From the NCBI GenBank assembly GCA_964016885.1, contig OZ024743.1, forward strand, positions 259,284,001-259,348,000: a DNA stretch of 64,000 nt. The letters run 5' to 3'. The notes under the pieces were generated by a model. That model worked only from the letters and a program-made list of their open reading frames with translations, did no database searches and had not been told where the DNA came from. Every line of letters begins with the position of its first letter. Position 1 is the first letter of the stretch. This DNA is from Eledone cirrhosa. Taxonomy: Eukaryota. Made by a program: the position numbers and the translations under genes. Below are positions 51,252-64,000 of the stretch, one piece after another.

Positions 51252-52255
51252 AAGTGGCGCACTGGCCAGGTTGCCAGGTTGTCCAACGGCAAGTGGGCCC
51301 CAGGAGGTCCACGGTAGCATCGTAAGGGGCCACAGTAGCATTGCAGGGTCCACTGTAGTGTTTTAGATACCAATGTTTTGCTTTCAAAAAATACCTGAAA
51401 TCCAAGAGAAAGAATAACATAAAAAAACAAAAAACAAAAAAAAAAAAACAATTAAGCAAAGCATTTGGTCAACCAATTTCCCAGGGAATTAATAGAAACC
51501 AAATATATGATAGTGCAAACAGCTAGAATCAGTGGTTGTACATTCTACTAAATCTAAAGCTTAGTGTATTCATATATGAATGCAAACATACATATATAGA
51601 CACAGACACATAAGCATATGTATATCTATATATTTTTATATAGTTACACACGAACAACTGACCAAATAATATTTGGTATCAATGGGTTAAAGACATCTGT
51701 CAAATCAATTAGTGGTGAAGGTGGTGTACACACACGCACCCATACACACACACTCACACACACACAAATATATATATAATTGTTTCTACTATTGGCACAA
51801 GGCCAGCAATTACCCAGTACATTACTGGTATTTTATTTTATCGACCCCGTAAGGATGAAAGGCAAAGTTAACCTCGGCGGGATTTGAACTCAGAATGGCA
51901 AGGGATGTAACTCGATGCGTCAAAGAATGGCGTCCGACCATCTACCGATACTGCCAATTCATAAGGCGCCACAAACAAGAGATGGAAAATTTCCCTTCAT
52001 CAGCTGTTTACTACGGATGTTTCGGTGCATTATAAGAACATCTATCCATAGCGCGCCCATAACCTTTTATCTATCAAAATGCCACGAGGGTAAGAAGTGA
52101 TAGCGAAGAGAGAGAAAGAAAAAAAGGAAACATTTCAATGCACTATTTTGAAAATGTTATTTATTCATTATAAAAATTAAATGATAGCATTCTATATGTA
52201 GGTGGGCCACCTTCATCTCCTGGCAACCAATATTTTTAGACCCAGTCCGCCACTG
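51252..52255. mobile_element. Non-autonomous hAT element
   Basis: TIRs AAGTGGCGCACTGG...CCAGTCCGCCACTG; 8-bp TSD CCTCTAGG (51244-51251 and 52256-52263). Contains a family-1 SINE. Confidence 0.85.
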
Positions 52256-52440
52256 CCTCTAGGTTACATACCTTCCCTTGTGGTTGTATGGCTGGTGTCT
52301 TCTGTTGAGAAAATCGATTCAAGACATTTTATAATTTCCTTCGATTTTCAGTACGTTAATTTGGCATGCTTACATATCTAATCTAAACATATGTGTAAAT
52401 CTATATACACATCTACACAGTCTCGGTTACCTCTCTTTTG

Positions 52441-52472
<32 letters not shown>

Positions 52473-53030
52473 TATCATAAGTTTAATGTGTGTTGTGGTG
52501 GCAGCATAGTTTCGGCCCTTTACGTTTTCAGTTCAAATCCCGCCGAGGTTAGCTTTGCCTTTCATCCTTATGGGGTTGATAAAATAAAGTAGTAGTAATG
52601 GACTGGGGTCGATTTAATCGACTTTCCCCCTTCCTCCAAATTGCTGGCCGTGTGCCACTATATGGGAGCAGCACAAGAGTACAATTTAATGTCGTATACA
52701 ATAGAATTTGTGAGATTGTGGGATGATGAAAATTATTAGAAATTTCGAAAATTTTACACCATTTGTAGGTTTAATTGGAACTGTTTCAAGAAAATGTCAA
52801 CAGGAATATGAAAATATGAGAGGGAACGAAGGAAAAAAAAGTTGAGAGAGAGAGAGATGGTGAGAGAGATATAGAGTGAGAGAGAGAGGGGGAGATAGAT
52901 AGAGAGAGAGAGAGAGGGGGAGAGAAAGAGTGGTGTGTGTTAATGAAATAACTTTAAAACACAAGAGAACGTAAATCGGAAACTGATGTGGAAAATAGAC
53001 AGAGAGACAGAATAGCACGAGAGGTGGAGT

Positions 53031-53095
<65 letters not shown>

Positions 53096-53679
53096 AAAGC
53101 AACAGTGATAAAGGGAAATAAGGAAAAACAGTGAAAGAGGGAAAGGAGGAGAAACAGTGATGGAAAGAAAAAGAATTGTTTTGGTGGCAGGGATGAGAGT
53201 GAGTCCCCAAATCATATTAAAGACAAACATTGCAAAAAATATAAAACAAAAGAAACAACAAAAAAATGAAGCCAATAAAAAACTAAAAAATAAAATAAAT
53301 TAATATAATATAAATAAAGACTCCAAAGAATTTCATTGAAGAGAATTGATTTCTGCTCGAAGGAATAAGATTTTGTTGTTTTTAGCTACTGTCTGCGAGT
53401 GTATTGGATATCAGAGCAGGCAATGACGTCTACTGAACTATCGGTGCTTCCTGTGAGAAGGAAAGGAATGCGCAACATAAATTTTTGTGGGTGGGTTTGA
53501 GGGTTAAGAGAAAGAAGAAGATGAAGGAGATGAAGACGAAGAGGTAGACAATGATGAAGAAGAGGAAGAAAAAGGAGACTAAAAAGAAGTTGAATTAGAG
53601 GGGAAAAGGAAGGAGAAAAAGAGGTACAAGAAGAAGAAGAATGAGAAGGAAAGAAAACGACGAACAAGGAAAAAAGGAA

Positions 53680-54320
53680 GGCAAACAACAAGAATAACAA
53701 CAGCTATATCATCAACACCATGAGCAACATCAATAAGAACAATAACAGCAATAACTGTAACAACATCAGCAACAACAACAGCAATAACTGCAGCAATATC
53801 AGCGACAACGATAAAAGCAATAACTGCAACGACAGAAGTAATAATATCAAGAACAACAACAGCAACAACAACAACGGCAACAATAACAACAACAACAACT
53901 ACAACGGGAACAGCAACAACATCATCAACAGTAACAGCAACAGCAAGAGCACTAACAGTTACAAAATAGCTAAAACAACTACGGCAACAGCAACAGATAC
54001 AACAATGACAATAACAGCAAGAACACCTTCCAACAATAACAAAAGCAACGACACTACCACAACCAACAACAAAACAGCACAAACATAACCAATACTATCA
54101 ACAACAGCATCAACAGCAATAACAGCAACAATAACAATAACAGAAACACCAACAGCAACAACAATAACAACAGAAGCAATAATATCAACTAAAACAGCAA
54201 CTGCAACACCAGCAATAACAACAGCTACAACAGAAAGAATAATATCAACAACAATAAGAACTACAACACCAGCAGCAAAAACGGAAGGAATAATACCTAC
54301 AACAAGAACAGCAACAACAA
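53680..54320. repeat. Degenerate (AAC/AGC/AAT)n low-complexity tract
   Basis: Directly visible; explains the Asn/Thr-rich and Val-rich ORFs. Confidence 0.85.
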
Positions 54321-54959
54321 GATAGTTCAAAGATTTGGGAGGCTATAGTGTTAAAAGACATTACTACTATTATAACAGTTTGAAAATCTAGCCTTAGTTT
54401 TAACTTCATTGATAAAAAAAAGGATCTTTTTCTCCCATAGCTTACAAACAAACTTTATACTACCAAAAAGACATTTTGTCCTCTGATATATAATTGTTTT
54501 TATTTTTGGTACAAGGCCAGCAATTATCCAGTGCATTACTGGAGCTTTATTTTATCGACCCCATAGGGATGAAAGGCAAAACTAACCTCGGCGGGATGTG
54601 AACTCAGACCGTAAAGGGCCGTAACTCTATGCTGAAAAGCATAGCGTCCGACCCTCTACCGATACTGCTAATCCACCATTCATAATTGTTTCTACTTTAG
54701 GCACAAGGCCAGCAATTTGAAGGGGCGGGGAGAGTCGATTAAATCGACGCCAGTGCGTTACTAGTACTTTATTTTATTGACCCGTAAGTAGGAAAGGCAA
54801 AGCTAACCTCGGTGGGGTTTAAACTCAGAACGTAAAGAGCCGCAACTCTATGTTGTAAAGCAGCGTATCCGACGTACTACCCATATTGCCCATCCCCGCC
54901 TTTCTATGCCATATACTTTGATTGCAACTTAAATACGCGGCTCTCAGTATTTTATAGAT

Positions 54960-55235
54960 ATGGGAGCCCAAGCGGTGGCCACCCGCGGTCCCGGCGGATA
55001 GAATAGAGAAGGCGTTTCCCGGAGGTTGGTGAAGGAGACGCGTTGGAAGAACAATTCCAGCACATGAGGCTCACACCTGCTGGTAGCCAACTCCGTGCCG
55101 ATGGTGGTGACTAGGGAAGTAGTCCTAGGGCCCAAGGACAGCAGCAGTCTCCATTGATACGGGCTCGACCGCAAATCTGTCCGAGAGCGACCAATATTTG
55201 GAGTGTTTACCCTATTCGGCCCAAAATGCTGCACT
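54960..55235 (-). pseudogene. CRE-clade 3' fragment, copy 2
   Basis: Homologous to 20518-20770 (LGPRTTSLVTTIGTELATSRCEPHVLELFFQRVS). Confidence 0.75.
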
Positions 55236-55554
55236 GATATATACACCCACCCATATTAACCTCACTGATATACACTCCTACTCCCGATAGCTCTACCTAT
55301 ATATACTACCTAAGTTATACTCTCCCTCTACTCTAGTTATATAAACCACCCTCTACCTTAGTTATGATTCACATCCCTTCTACCCCAACTCCGTTTCTGT
55401 TTAATGAATCTTTTTTAATCTTTTATTTTTGTTGCTTTTTTTTTACGTTTCATATATTATCGTATTTTTTCTTCTTTTTACAGTAACGAAATAATAAAAA
55501 CATATCTTTCTACTGACGTCACTCTCCTTGTATATATGTCATTCTCTCTCTCTT

Positions 55555-55607
<53 letters not shown>

Positions 55608-55635
55608 GTGGTTACACAACAGTTAGTTCACCATA

Positions 55636-55675
55636 CCGAGAACAATTGTTTCACCTTCGCGGATCTTCAGCTCGG
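55636..55675 (-). ncRNA. Minimal type I hammerhead, canonical core
   Basis: CCGAG-CTGAAGA-TCC gcgaa GGT-GAAA-CAATTG-TT-CTCGG. Perfect stem I, palindromic stem III, GUU site; lies in a 125-bp module flanked by (TA)n. Confidence 0.8.
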
Positions 55676-55725
55676 GATGTATATGGTTATAGGAACAGGA
55701 AGGACAACCTTCTAGTGTCCCACCG

Positions 55726-55810
<85 letters not shown>

Positions 55811-55854
55811 TTAACAAGATATCGTTTAAGGTAATCCAAGTAAGTAGAGGTTAT

Positions 55855-55962
55855 GTATTCTGATGATTTGTTCGGGTATCGACTGTAATTAAAATCGAGT
55901 GACGTGCTTCTAATGATCAGCGATTTTTAGACACACCGGACTAATGAAACAATTGTTAATAC
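55855..55962 (+). ncRNA. Type I hammerhead with 79-nt stem II domain
   Basis: GTATT-CTGATGA-TTTGTTCGG...CCGGACTAAT-GAAA-CAATTG-TT-AATAC. Confidence 0.7.
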
Positions 55963-56181
55963 TTTAAATGAACCCTATTGTACCACGTTATTCTTCACTT
56001 ATTTACTATATATATATAAGCAATATATATATGTTGGTAGAAAATGGAAAAACTCAGCGTAAGGAAACTCAGCATTTTGCCGTCGAAACGGCGTTGGGTA
56101 AAACATTACCTGGAAGGACAGAAATAAGCGACTCGAAGTGAGGTGACTCGAAGAATTGATAGGAAAGAAGAAAGCGATTCT

Positions 56182-56305
<124 letters not shown>

Positions 56306-56344
56306 ATATTAAATAAATGGAAACTATATTTATAAAAGCATATT

Positions 56345-56409
56345 TATTTTATTATATATATTTCAAGGGCAACCAAGACAACATTGGTACGCTTTCATCA
56401 GATAAAATA
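56345..56409 (-). ncRNA. Type I hammerhead (AUA family), copy 1
   Basis: TATTTTAT-CTGATGA-AAG cgt ACCAA...TTGGT tgcc CTT-GAAA-TATATA-TA-ATAAAATA. Confidence 0.75.
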
Positions 56410-56576
56410 CAAAGTTTGTTTTATAAATAGAGACATACCCATGAAAATCATACCTTATCGGTTGGAAATTCACTGGAAATTCATTAAATATTTACTCCAT
56501 TAATTTGTTGAGTGCTCTAAATCAGTTATAAACATTTATATTTGTCGGACTTCCAACAAATTAAATACCGCTTCTA

Positions 56577-56627
<51 letters not shown>

Positions 56628-56679
56628 ATATATATATATATATACTGTACCAATTGTGTTGTTATTTCTGTTTAGCTTT

Positions 56680-56762
<83 letters not shown>

Positions 56763-56902
56763 AAAATGACAAGTACAGAGATACAAAAACAATTAGTGTT
56801 ATTGGGTTCACGCTTTGGATAAAAGAGAGAAAACATGTTAACGTATCGGACGTTAGTGTTTCATCAGGAGTGTCAATATTATATATTTACACACACACAC
56901 AG

Positions 56903-57012
<110 letters not shown>

Positions 57013-57103
57013 GTATCTAAAAGGTAAACAGAAATAACAACACAATCGGTACAGTAGATGAAAGGAATATATTAGGTTAACGCTTGATATAGCAGGAAGA
57101 GAG

Positions 57104-57139
57104 TCTTAACGTTTCGGTCACTAGTCCTTCACCAGAAGA
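57104..57139 (-). ncRNA. Decayed minimal hammerhead
   Basis: TCTT-CTGGTGA(A6>G)-AGGAC tagt GACC-GAAA-CG-TT-AAGA. Confidence 0.45.
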
Positions 57140-57254
57140 AAGAATGAGAAATAAGATAGATTGATGGAACGGGCGGGACTATATTTGCCCATATTTTGTG
57201 TATACATATATATATATATATGACATACCGTAGCGGTATGTCATATATCAAATT

Positions 57255-57326
57255 ATATATTTTGTCTGATGAGGACGTACTGGAAAAACAACACGGTACC
57301 TTTGAAATATATATAATAAAGTATAT
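57255..57326 (+). ncRNA. Type I hammerhead (AUA family), copy 2
   Basis: ATATATTTTGT-CTGATGA-GGACGTACTG...CGGTACCTTT-GAAA-TATATA-TA-ATAAAGTATAT. Confidence 0.75.
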
Positions 57327-57364
57327 ATATTATGTGAATATTTTTTATTTGTTAATATTTTGAA

Positions 57365-57435
<71 letters not shown>

Positions 57436-57617
57436 TGTCATGCGTAATAAACATTAAAGTCTCGCAGTCAGCTGTTAACTGTTGGAACCAAATCAAAAAT
57501 CAAATGTAAAATAACGATGGCCAGACATATGAACTTACACGCACACATACACACGCACATGCAAATATACAACATCATTCATAATACACGTGGTTGTAAC
57601 TAGTACGTACATATATG

Positions 57618-57649
<32 letters not shown>

Positions 57650-57957
57650 TGTATGTATGAATGTATGTATGTATGTGTGTGTATGTATGTTTGTATGTAT
57701 GTATGTGTTGGCACCTAAATAAAATCGCTTGGCACTCAAAAATATCAAAGTTTACTATTGTCAGCACACGTTTGCTATCACTCATCTTAACACCTGAAAT
57801 GTTATATTACTTGATACCCACACACAAACCCGCGCACACATCCACCCACCAACGGCATACACACACACAAACACACACATACACACACATATATATGCAT
57901 ACATTTTTATATGCGTGTATATACGCATATACATCTCTCTCTCCCGATATATATATA

Positions 57958-58519
57958 CTAGCAGATTTACCCGGCGTTGCTTGGGGTTTGGTATTATGCT
58001 AAGAATATACAGCTAGGAAGTAAAAGAAGAACATTATTTGTCCCCAACCTGTCAAAATAAGCAGAAGTCTTCAATAATTAATGTAAACGAATATTTAGTG
58101 CAATCTTTGTACACATAAAACTATGCTGATAATGAAGGAAAACACTGAACAGAATGTAGTTATACAAATGATTAAAGACAATACACGTTGCAAATCTGTA
58201 AAAAAAACAGGCAGTTTTGCTAAAGTACAAAAAGTTAATACGGGGCATATTTGGTGAAAAGGTTATCTCCCTTTTTTATAAGGGTTGTCAATAAAGTTTG
58301 TTATCTCCCTTACATCAATTTTTCTACCGATAATTTTGATATCGATTTTTTATTGCTCAACGTGGGTCGATTTGAAAAATGTTTGTGATGTAATAATCAT
58401 AGCGACCTGTGCAACGTGCACAGAAAATTTGGTCAAATTCAGTTGGTAATTGTGAAAGCCTTATGCATGCCAAGTTGTACACAGACACACACACATCCTC
58501 GCTTTTATATATATAAAGA
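57958..58519 (-). mobile_element. Non-autonomous Helitron
   Basis: The minus strand starts TC after A and ends with the hairpin CCCAAGCAACGCCGGG about 8 nt before CTAG, followed by T. No TSD. Confidence 0.8.
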
Positions 58520-58567
58520 TATATATAATAAAAGCAAGTGTAGCACTAAGAAAAATATAGATTTTGG

Positions 58568-58628
<61 letters not shown>

Positions 58629-58686
58629 TATATATATATATAATTATATATATATATATATATATATAATTATATATATATATATA

Positions 58687-58727
<41 letters not shown>

Positions 58728-58904
58728 AATAAAGATGAAATTGCTTAGTCTATATATCTCCACTTCCCTGTTAGTATTTTAACTATATTAACAGTAACTT
58801 ATTTATTATATTATATTGTGTATAACTGACTAATATCGTCTTGAACTTTAGACAATATAGTCTTTGTATATATTTAGACAAATGCGTATATCTAATTTAA
58901 TAAT

Positions 58905-59090
58905 TGTTTCTACTTTAGGCACAAGGCCAGCAAATACCCAGTGCATTACTGGTACTTTATTTTATCGACCCCGTAAGGATGAAAGGCAAAGTCAACCTCG
59001 GCGGGATTTGAACTCAGATCGTAAAGGGACGTAACTATGCTGGAAAGCATGGTGTCCGACCCTCTACCGATACTGCCAATCCACCGCCCT
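58905..59090 (-). mobile_element. Full-length family-1 SINE with 16-bp TSD
   Basis: TATCTAATTTAATAAT at 58889-58904 and 59091-59106. Confidence 0.9.
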
Positions 59091-60001
59091 TATCTAATTT
59101 AATAATACCCTTTTTTAAGTCTATAAGGCATTTAGATACTTTAGGGCATTCTAATTGTTAATTTTAAATTTTTAAAGTTTATAACTAATTATTTTCTAAA
59201 TTATATAATGAGAATTATTATTTTAATATAAAAAAAAAATGTTTTTAATATAATATAAAAAAATATAATAATATAATTATAAATTAAATATGATTGTATA
59301 CTTTAATATTAATATAGATATTTATAAATTTTATAGCTTGAAAATATTATACCTTTAGATTAATTCATTATTCTGAACTAACATAAATGATTCGAAATTT
59401 AGCGGTCAGCCGGATACGTTTGGATATATATAGTGTATATCCTTAATTGTTAGTATATTTCTAATTAACTAAGGGCTCGAAATTAAACCCAGATATATTT
59501 AATATTTAGATTGATGGATACTTCTAGATAATTCAAAGATTTGAGTTTACTCTTTCACAAAGCTATGCCCAAATGTATATTCATGTATTTATATAGATAT
59601 ATATTTGCATCATCTAATCACACCATATTCATCCACGACAATACAAATCTCCCTCCTTATACTTTATACTATAAAAACTTTTCCCCCTTGTCTCTCTATC
59701 CTTGATCAATTCTCTTTTGTTTTCTATACTTCTAGTAACTATATTTTTCCTCATCTGTTTCTCTCTGTCTTTCTTCTTTCTTTCTTCTTTCTTCAATAAT
59801 TTAAACTATTTGAATCTCTAACAGTTATGTAAATTACTATTATGTATTTTTAAGCTTTCTCACACGCACCCTCTGTATTATATGTAAAGTTTTTCATGCC
59901 TCAATCTTAAGGTATATAAATATTGAGTTTTGTCATATCTCATTCACTACCATGACTGAATCTTAACCATCTACTAAGTCAGGGTATGTCATGCATCATC
60001 T

Positions 60002-60068
60002 TATTTTATCTGATGAGGACGTACTGTTGAAGATAGCTCAGTACCTCTGAAATATGTATAATAAAATA
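60002..60068 (+). ncRNA. Type I hammerhead (AUA family), copy 3
   Basis: TATTTTAT-CTGATGA-GGA c GTACTG...CAGTAC c TCT-GAAA-TATGTA-TA-ATAAAATA. Confidence 0.8.
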
Positions 60069-60205
60069 TACTTGATCACACGAATGTCTATTTTTGTTAA
60101 TATTTTGAATTAATATTAATAACTCCGGAAAACCATACCTTTGAGTGCTTCCAATCTATTGTAAAACTCATTCTTTGATTTACTCATTGAACATTGTTTA
60201 ACCTT

Positions 60206-60310
<105 letters not shown>

Positions 60311-60348
60311 CTATATATGTATATATGTAGGTATATATGTATGTATGC

Positions 60349-60380
<32 letters not shown>

Positions 60381-62806
60381 GCTCACAAAAACAAATCTCG
60401 GAGCCCCTTTATGCCTTATATAACAACTTGGTAAAAGATATTTGCCAGATTTTTTACAACAACGTGTTCGCTCATAATTAAATACATATATTCTGTCTGT
60501 TTACGCACCTGCCAAATCGACCTCAATAGTCTGTGGAGGCCAGTAAATATTATAGACGCTGATCACCTCATTTAAGTAAATAACACCAATAAAGGTTTCT
60601 AATTTTGGCAAAAATCTAGCAATTTGCAGGCGAGGGGAATAGTAGATTACAACGAATTCAGTACTTCACTTGCACTCTATTTTATCGTCTCTGGAAAAAT
60701 AAAAATAAAAGTTAACCTCGCAGGGATTTGAACACAGAATATAAATGTTCCTAAATAAATGTCGTATTTTGTTCGACGTTCATAAATTCTGTCAATTCAT
60801 CAACATAATTCAAACCTAACAACCTCTAAAACCACAAACAGGGAGTTCCATAAAAAACACTGCCCCAAAACGGGGAGAAATAAGGCAAAAATAGGGAGAT
60901 TTTACATAATAAAACCTATACCCATTTTCACAAGAGAAGACATCTCTCACCCACCCAAAAGTGGGTGGAAAATCGCCCCTTCGGATGGGGAGAGTTGACA
61001 GGTTTGATAATGACAAACGTCAATGATAATATAATAACTGTTTCTATTTTTGGCACAACGCCAGCAATTATACCAGTGCATTAGTGGTGTTTTATTTTAG
61101 CGACCCCGTAAGGATGAAAGGCAAAGTTAACCTCGGTGGGATTTTAACTCAGAACATAAAGGACCATAACTCTATGCTGCAAAGTATGGTGTCTGACGCT
61201 CTGGCGATACAGCCAATTTACCGCCCTCCATTTAACAGATTGGTAAAACACTTTCTGACCATTGGCTTTCGAGACAATGAAGTAGCCTCTGCATGGTCAT
61301 TTGCTCTGCTAGAAATCATAGTCAAATAACCTTCACTAATAAAAGCTCGTCTTAAATTTAGTTTATAGTGGTTAAAACATGATTGGATAGCGAATATATT
61401 TATATGTTGCTGTTGTTGGCTGTTGATTCCGCTGACGCACATACCAATTGTTTGAACAACGGAACATCCTACTTGAGAAATGAACGAACAAGAAGTTGAA
61501 CATACCACCGATTAGTGTTCCCTTAATGTATCTTTCAGGGAGAGTCAGCGTGACACAATGTATGACAACGGTACCCCTTTTGAATTTTCATGAAAAGCTA
61601 AGTTTTGCTCGAGGATACAATGTACGGTCGAGAATCGAACTCACGATACTACGTTTATGAGCCAAACACTCTTAACCATTAAGGCACACAGCTTCACATG
61701 TTTACACAAATAAAACCGAATAGGAATGTTGCTATAAAGAGCACATAAAAAAAATCTTAAAAAAATAAATACACAAATATGCGAGCATTAGCAGAAATTC
61801 ACGTTGCAGCGTAATTTCACTATACTTCATGACCTCAAAGAAATCCGCATGTAATATTAAAGTTTTATATATTTATATATATATTTGCTCGCTTCGCATT
61901 TTTTGCGATCGAATTAATCCAGCACATGCGCAGTTTGTACCTTGACTGTGTGTTTATCTTATTATTTAACGCCAAGAGTGACGGCGTCCATTAATTTACT
62001 CAGTTCGTTTTAAGGAATCTATTAGCAGTTGTGGCTACAATGTCGACAGCCGAATTAAATTCATTGACGAAATATCTTTGGAAAGATTGAGGAAAACAGG
62101 TTTACAGTGAAACAAAGTATAAGATATAAATAATATATATATATAACAAAATATATATAAGCAATTTTCCAATTGAAATAACCCCAGTGTGGTATTAATT
62201 TCACCGAAGGGACATAGAAGAAAAAAGTAATGTGATGAGTTTAAACAGAATAAAAAGAGAATAAAGAAAGGTAGAAAATGTATCCATTTTCATAAAATAT
62301 AATTGTTTCTACTTTAGGCACAAGGCCAGCAATTACCCAGTGCATTACTGGTACTAAAATATAATAAAATATAATTATGAGTATATGTATGCCTAGATGT
62401 CAAAGATCTACCAATATGAACAACATCTTTGAATACACAGTGGCTAAGAAATTGTTAGCTGCTTTACAGTTCCCCCTTTTTACATTATTTTCTTTATCTT
62501 CTTTTTTACGTCCATTTTGCCTCCAGTTGGCCTACCATTTTTATTATTTCTCCGTCTACCTTGCTTTTGTTTCTTACCTGTAAGGAGATTAGATACCCCC
62601 CCCTAGTCTACCATGGGTTATTAGCTCTATACGGACGTTTAAATTGATTAAATGAATAGATATAAATAGCTTAATTTATGGATATATATATATGCATAAT
62701 TTGATTTAAGAGTGTATTATATATGTGGTTAGAGTGTTGGGCTCACGATTTTAAAGTTGTGAGATCGATTTGCGACCATGTGTTTTGTACCCGAGCAAAA
62801 CACTTA

Positions 62807-62972
62807 CTGTATTTCCCGGCGTCGAAGACGCTACTTTTTTCCTAAAATAAGTTTCGAAAATCTACCATTCGTCCTGGAGGCCGTAGGTTGCTTATTATTT
62901 TTTTTCAAATTTTTGGTTGTCAAAATTAGGGTGCGTCCTCGAGAGCGAAGCGTCTTCGGCGCCGGAAATAGG
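62807..62972. mobile_element. Tc1/mariner (Tc2/pogo-like) MITE inside a family-2 SINE
   Basis: TIRs CTGTATTTCCCGGCGTCGAAGACGC / GCGTCTTCGGCGCCGGAAATAGG with a TA duplication; the SINE CORE-like box resumes after it. Confidence 0.75.
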
Positions 62973-64000
62973 TAAGTTTACATTGCTCCAGTCTACTCAG
63001 TTGAAAAAAATGACTTGTACTCTATAACCGAAAGGATCATCCAAGTCACACACTGAGGCTCCCTGGAAACTTCGTTATAAATACACATATGGAATGCTGC
63101 TTTGTGGGGAGGATAAATCGACTACAGTACTTAATTGGTACTCTATATAACCGATACCAGAAGGATAAAAGACAATGTTGACCACGGCAGGATTTGAACT
63201 AAGAAAGAAACCGGAACAAATACTGTTAAGTTTTAACTACCCAATCAGTCCTTCACAGTCTAAAGAATAAAAGTGGAAGATATGCAATGCAGTTGTTTTC
63301 CAGTTTATAGATAATTCAGGTTGTTTTCTTCGTTAATACAATTATCTAAAGTCTGTCTCAAGATCGGGACTAATTAGGCTTGTGCCTATTCCGGTTTTCT
63401 TGGCATTAAGTGACAGAGAGTACAATATTTCCCCACTGGACATTATGTGAGTTCATTGCAGGGTTACCCACCCCCACCCGACTACTGCTGGTATTCCTTT
63501 TTAGCTCAGGATACTGGAGCAACGTAAAATGAAATGTGTTGATCAAGAATACAACATATAACCTTGTCCAGGAATAGAACTCACGAGATCATGATCGTAT
63601 GTCCAACAACCCTAACCACAAGGCCACACGTCTACAATATAAATGGGAAGGCTATAAACATCGAAGCCATTAATCTTTTCCAAAAGGAAATTGCATTCAA
63701 AAGAAAATGTCATTAAAATGCGATGTTCGTTCACAATGTCAAGAAATCTACTGTGGCAAAAATTGCCTGGATATTTAGCGCCCTAGGTTCGCTCAACAAT
63801 ATATATCCCCTTTTTCTAGTTTTGCATACCATTCGCCTCCCCAAAACAATTTCAAATTAGTTTCTTAAGGTGATGGACTAGGCTTTTGACTCTTCTTACT
63901 CTAACCACATTACGTACATTACTACACAATGCACACTCAATATCGCCAATTCATGTGACAGATCATCACACCACACGACCTTCTCCACCACTAGGGATAT

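Noticed and set aside
51975-52010. Minus-strand CTGATGAAGGGAAA, and CTGATGAAAC at about 56866
   Set aside because: Only the first core half is present and the helices cannot be completed.
53720-54088. Asn/Thr-rich 122-aa ORF
   Set aside because: It is a degenerate trinucleotide repeat that is open in several frames on both strands.

Overview
AT-rich eukaryotic intergenic or intronic DNA saturated with microsatellites and transposons. The repeat repertoire looks like a coleoid cephalopod (octopus) genome, but that is inference from recalled repeat families, not a search. I can support no host protein-coding exon, and most short ORFs in the track are microsatellite artefacts. The main elements are a full-length decayed Buster-type hAT transposon (15159-18284, 8-bp TSD) and two Tx1/L1-clade LINEs. 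One LINE is nearly complete (about 44.3-49.7 kb). The other is on the minus strand and is split by a 6-kb block containing two tandem R4/Dong-clade RLE retroelements in (AAT)n plus an R4 5' fragment. There are also relics of RTE, CRE and Penelope GIY-YIG elements, a solo LTR, a non-autonomous Helitron, several MITEs and many tRNA-derived SINEs. Three observations stand out. (1) More than a dozen type I hammerhead-ribozyme folds of several distinct families occur here, most in short modules in or beside (TA)n tracts; they include a U3/A8 core variant, an unusual CAGAAGA core variant and versions with greatly extended stem II. (2) The abundant Nin/Deu-domain SINE shares its 3' terminus and ATTAT target with the Tx1-like LINE, and one SINE-Tx1 chimera is present, suggesting a Tx1-driven SINE/LINE pair. 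(3) Several unrelated retroelement clades are piled up in (AAT)n.
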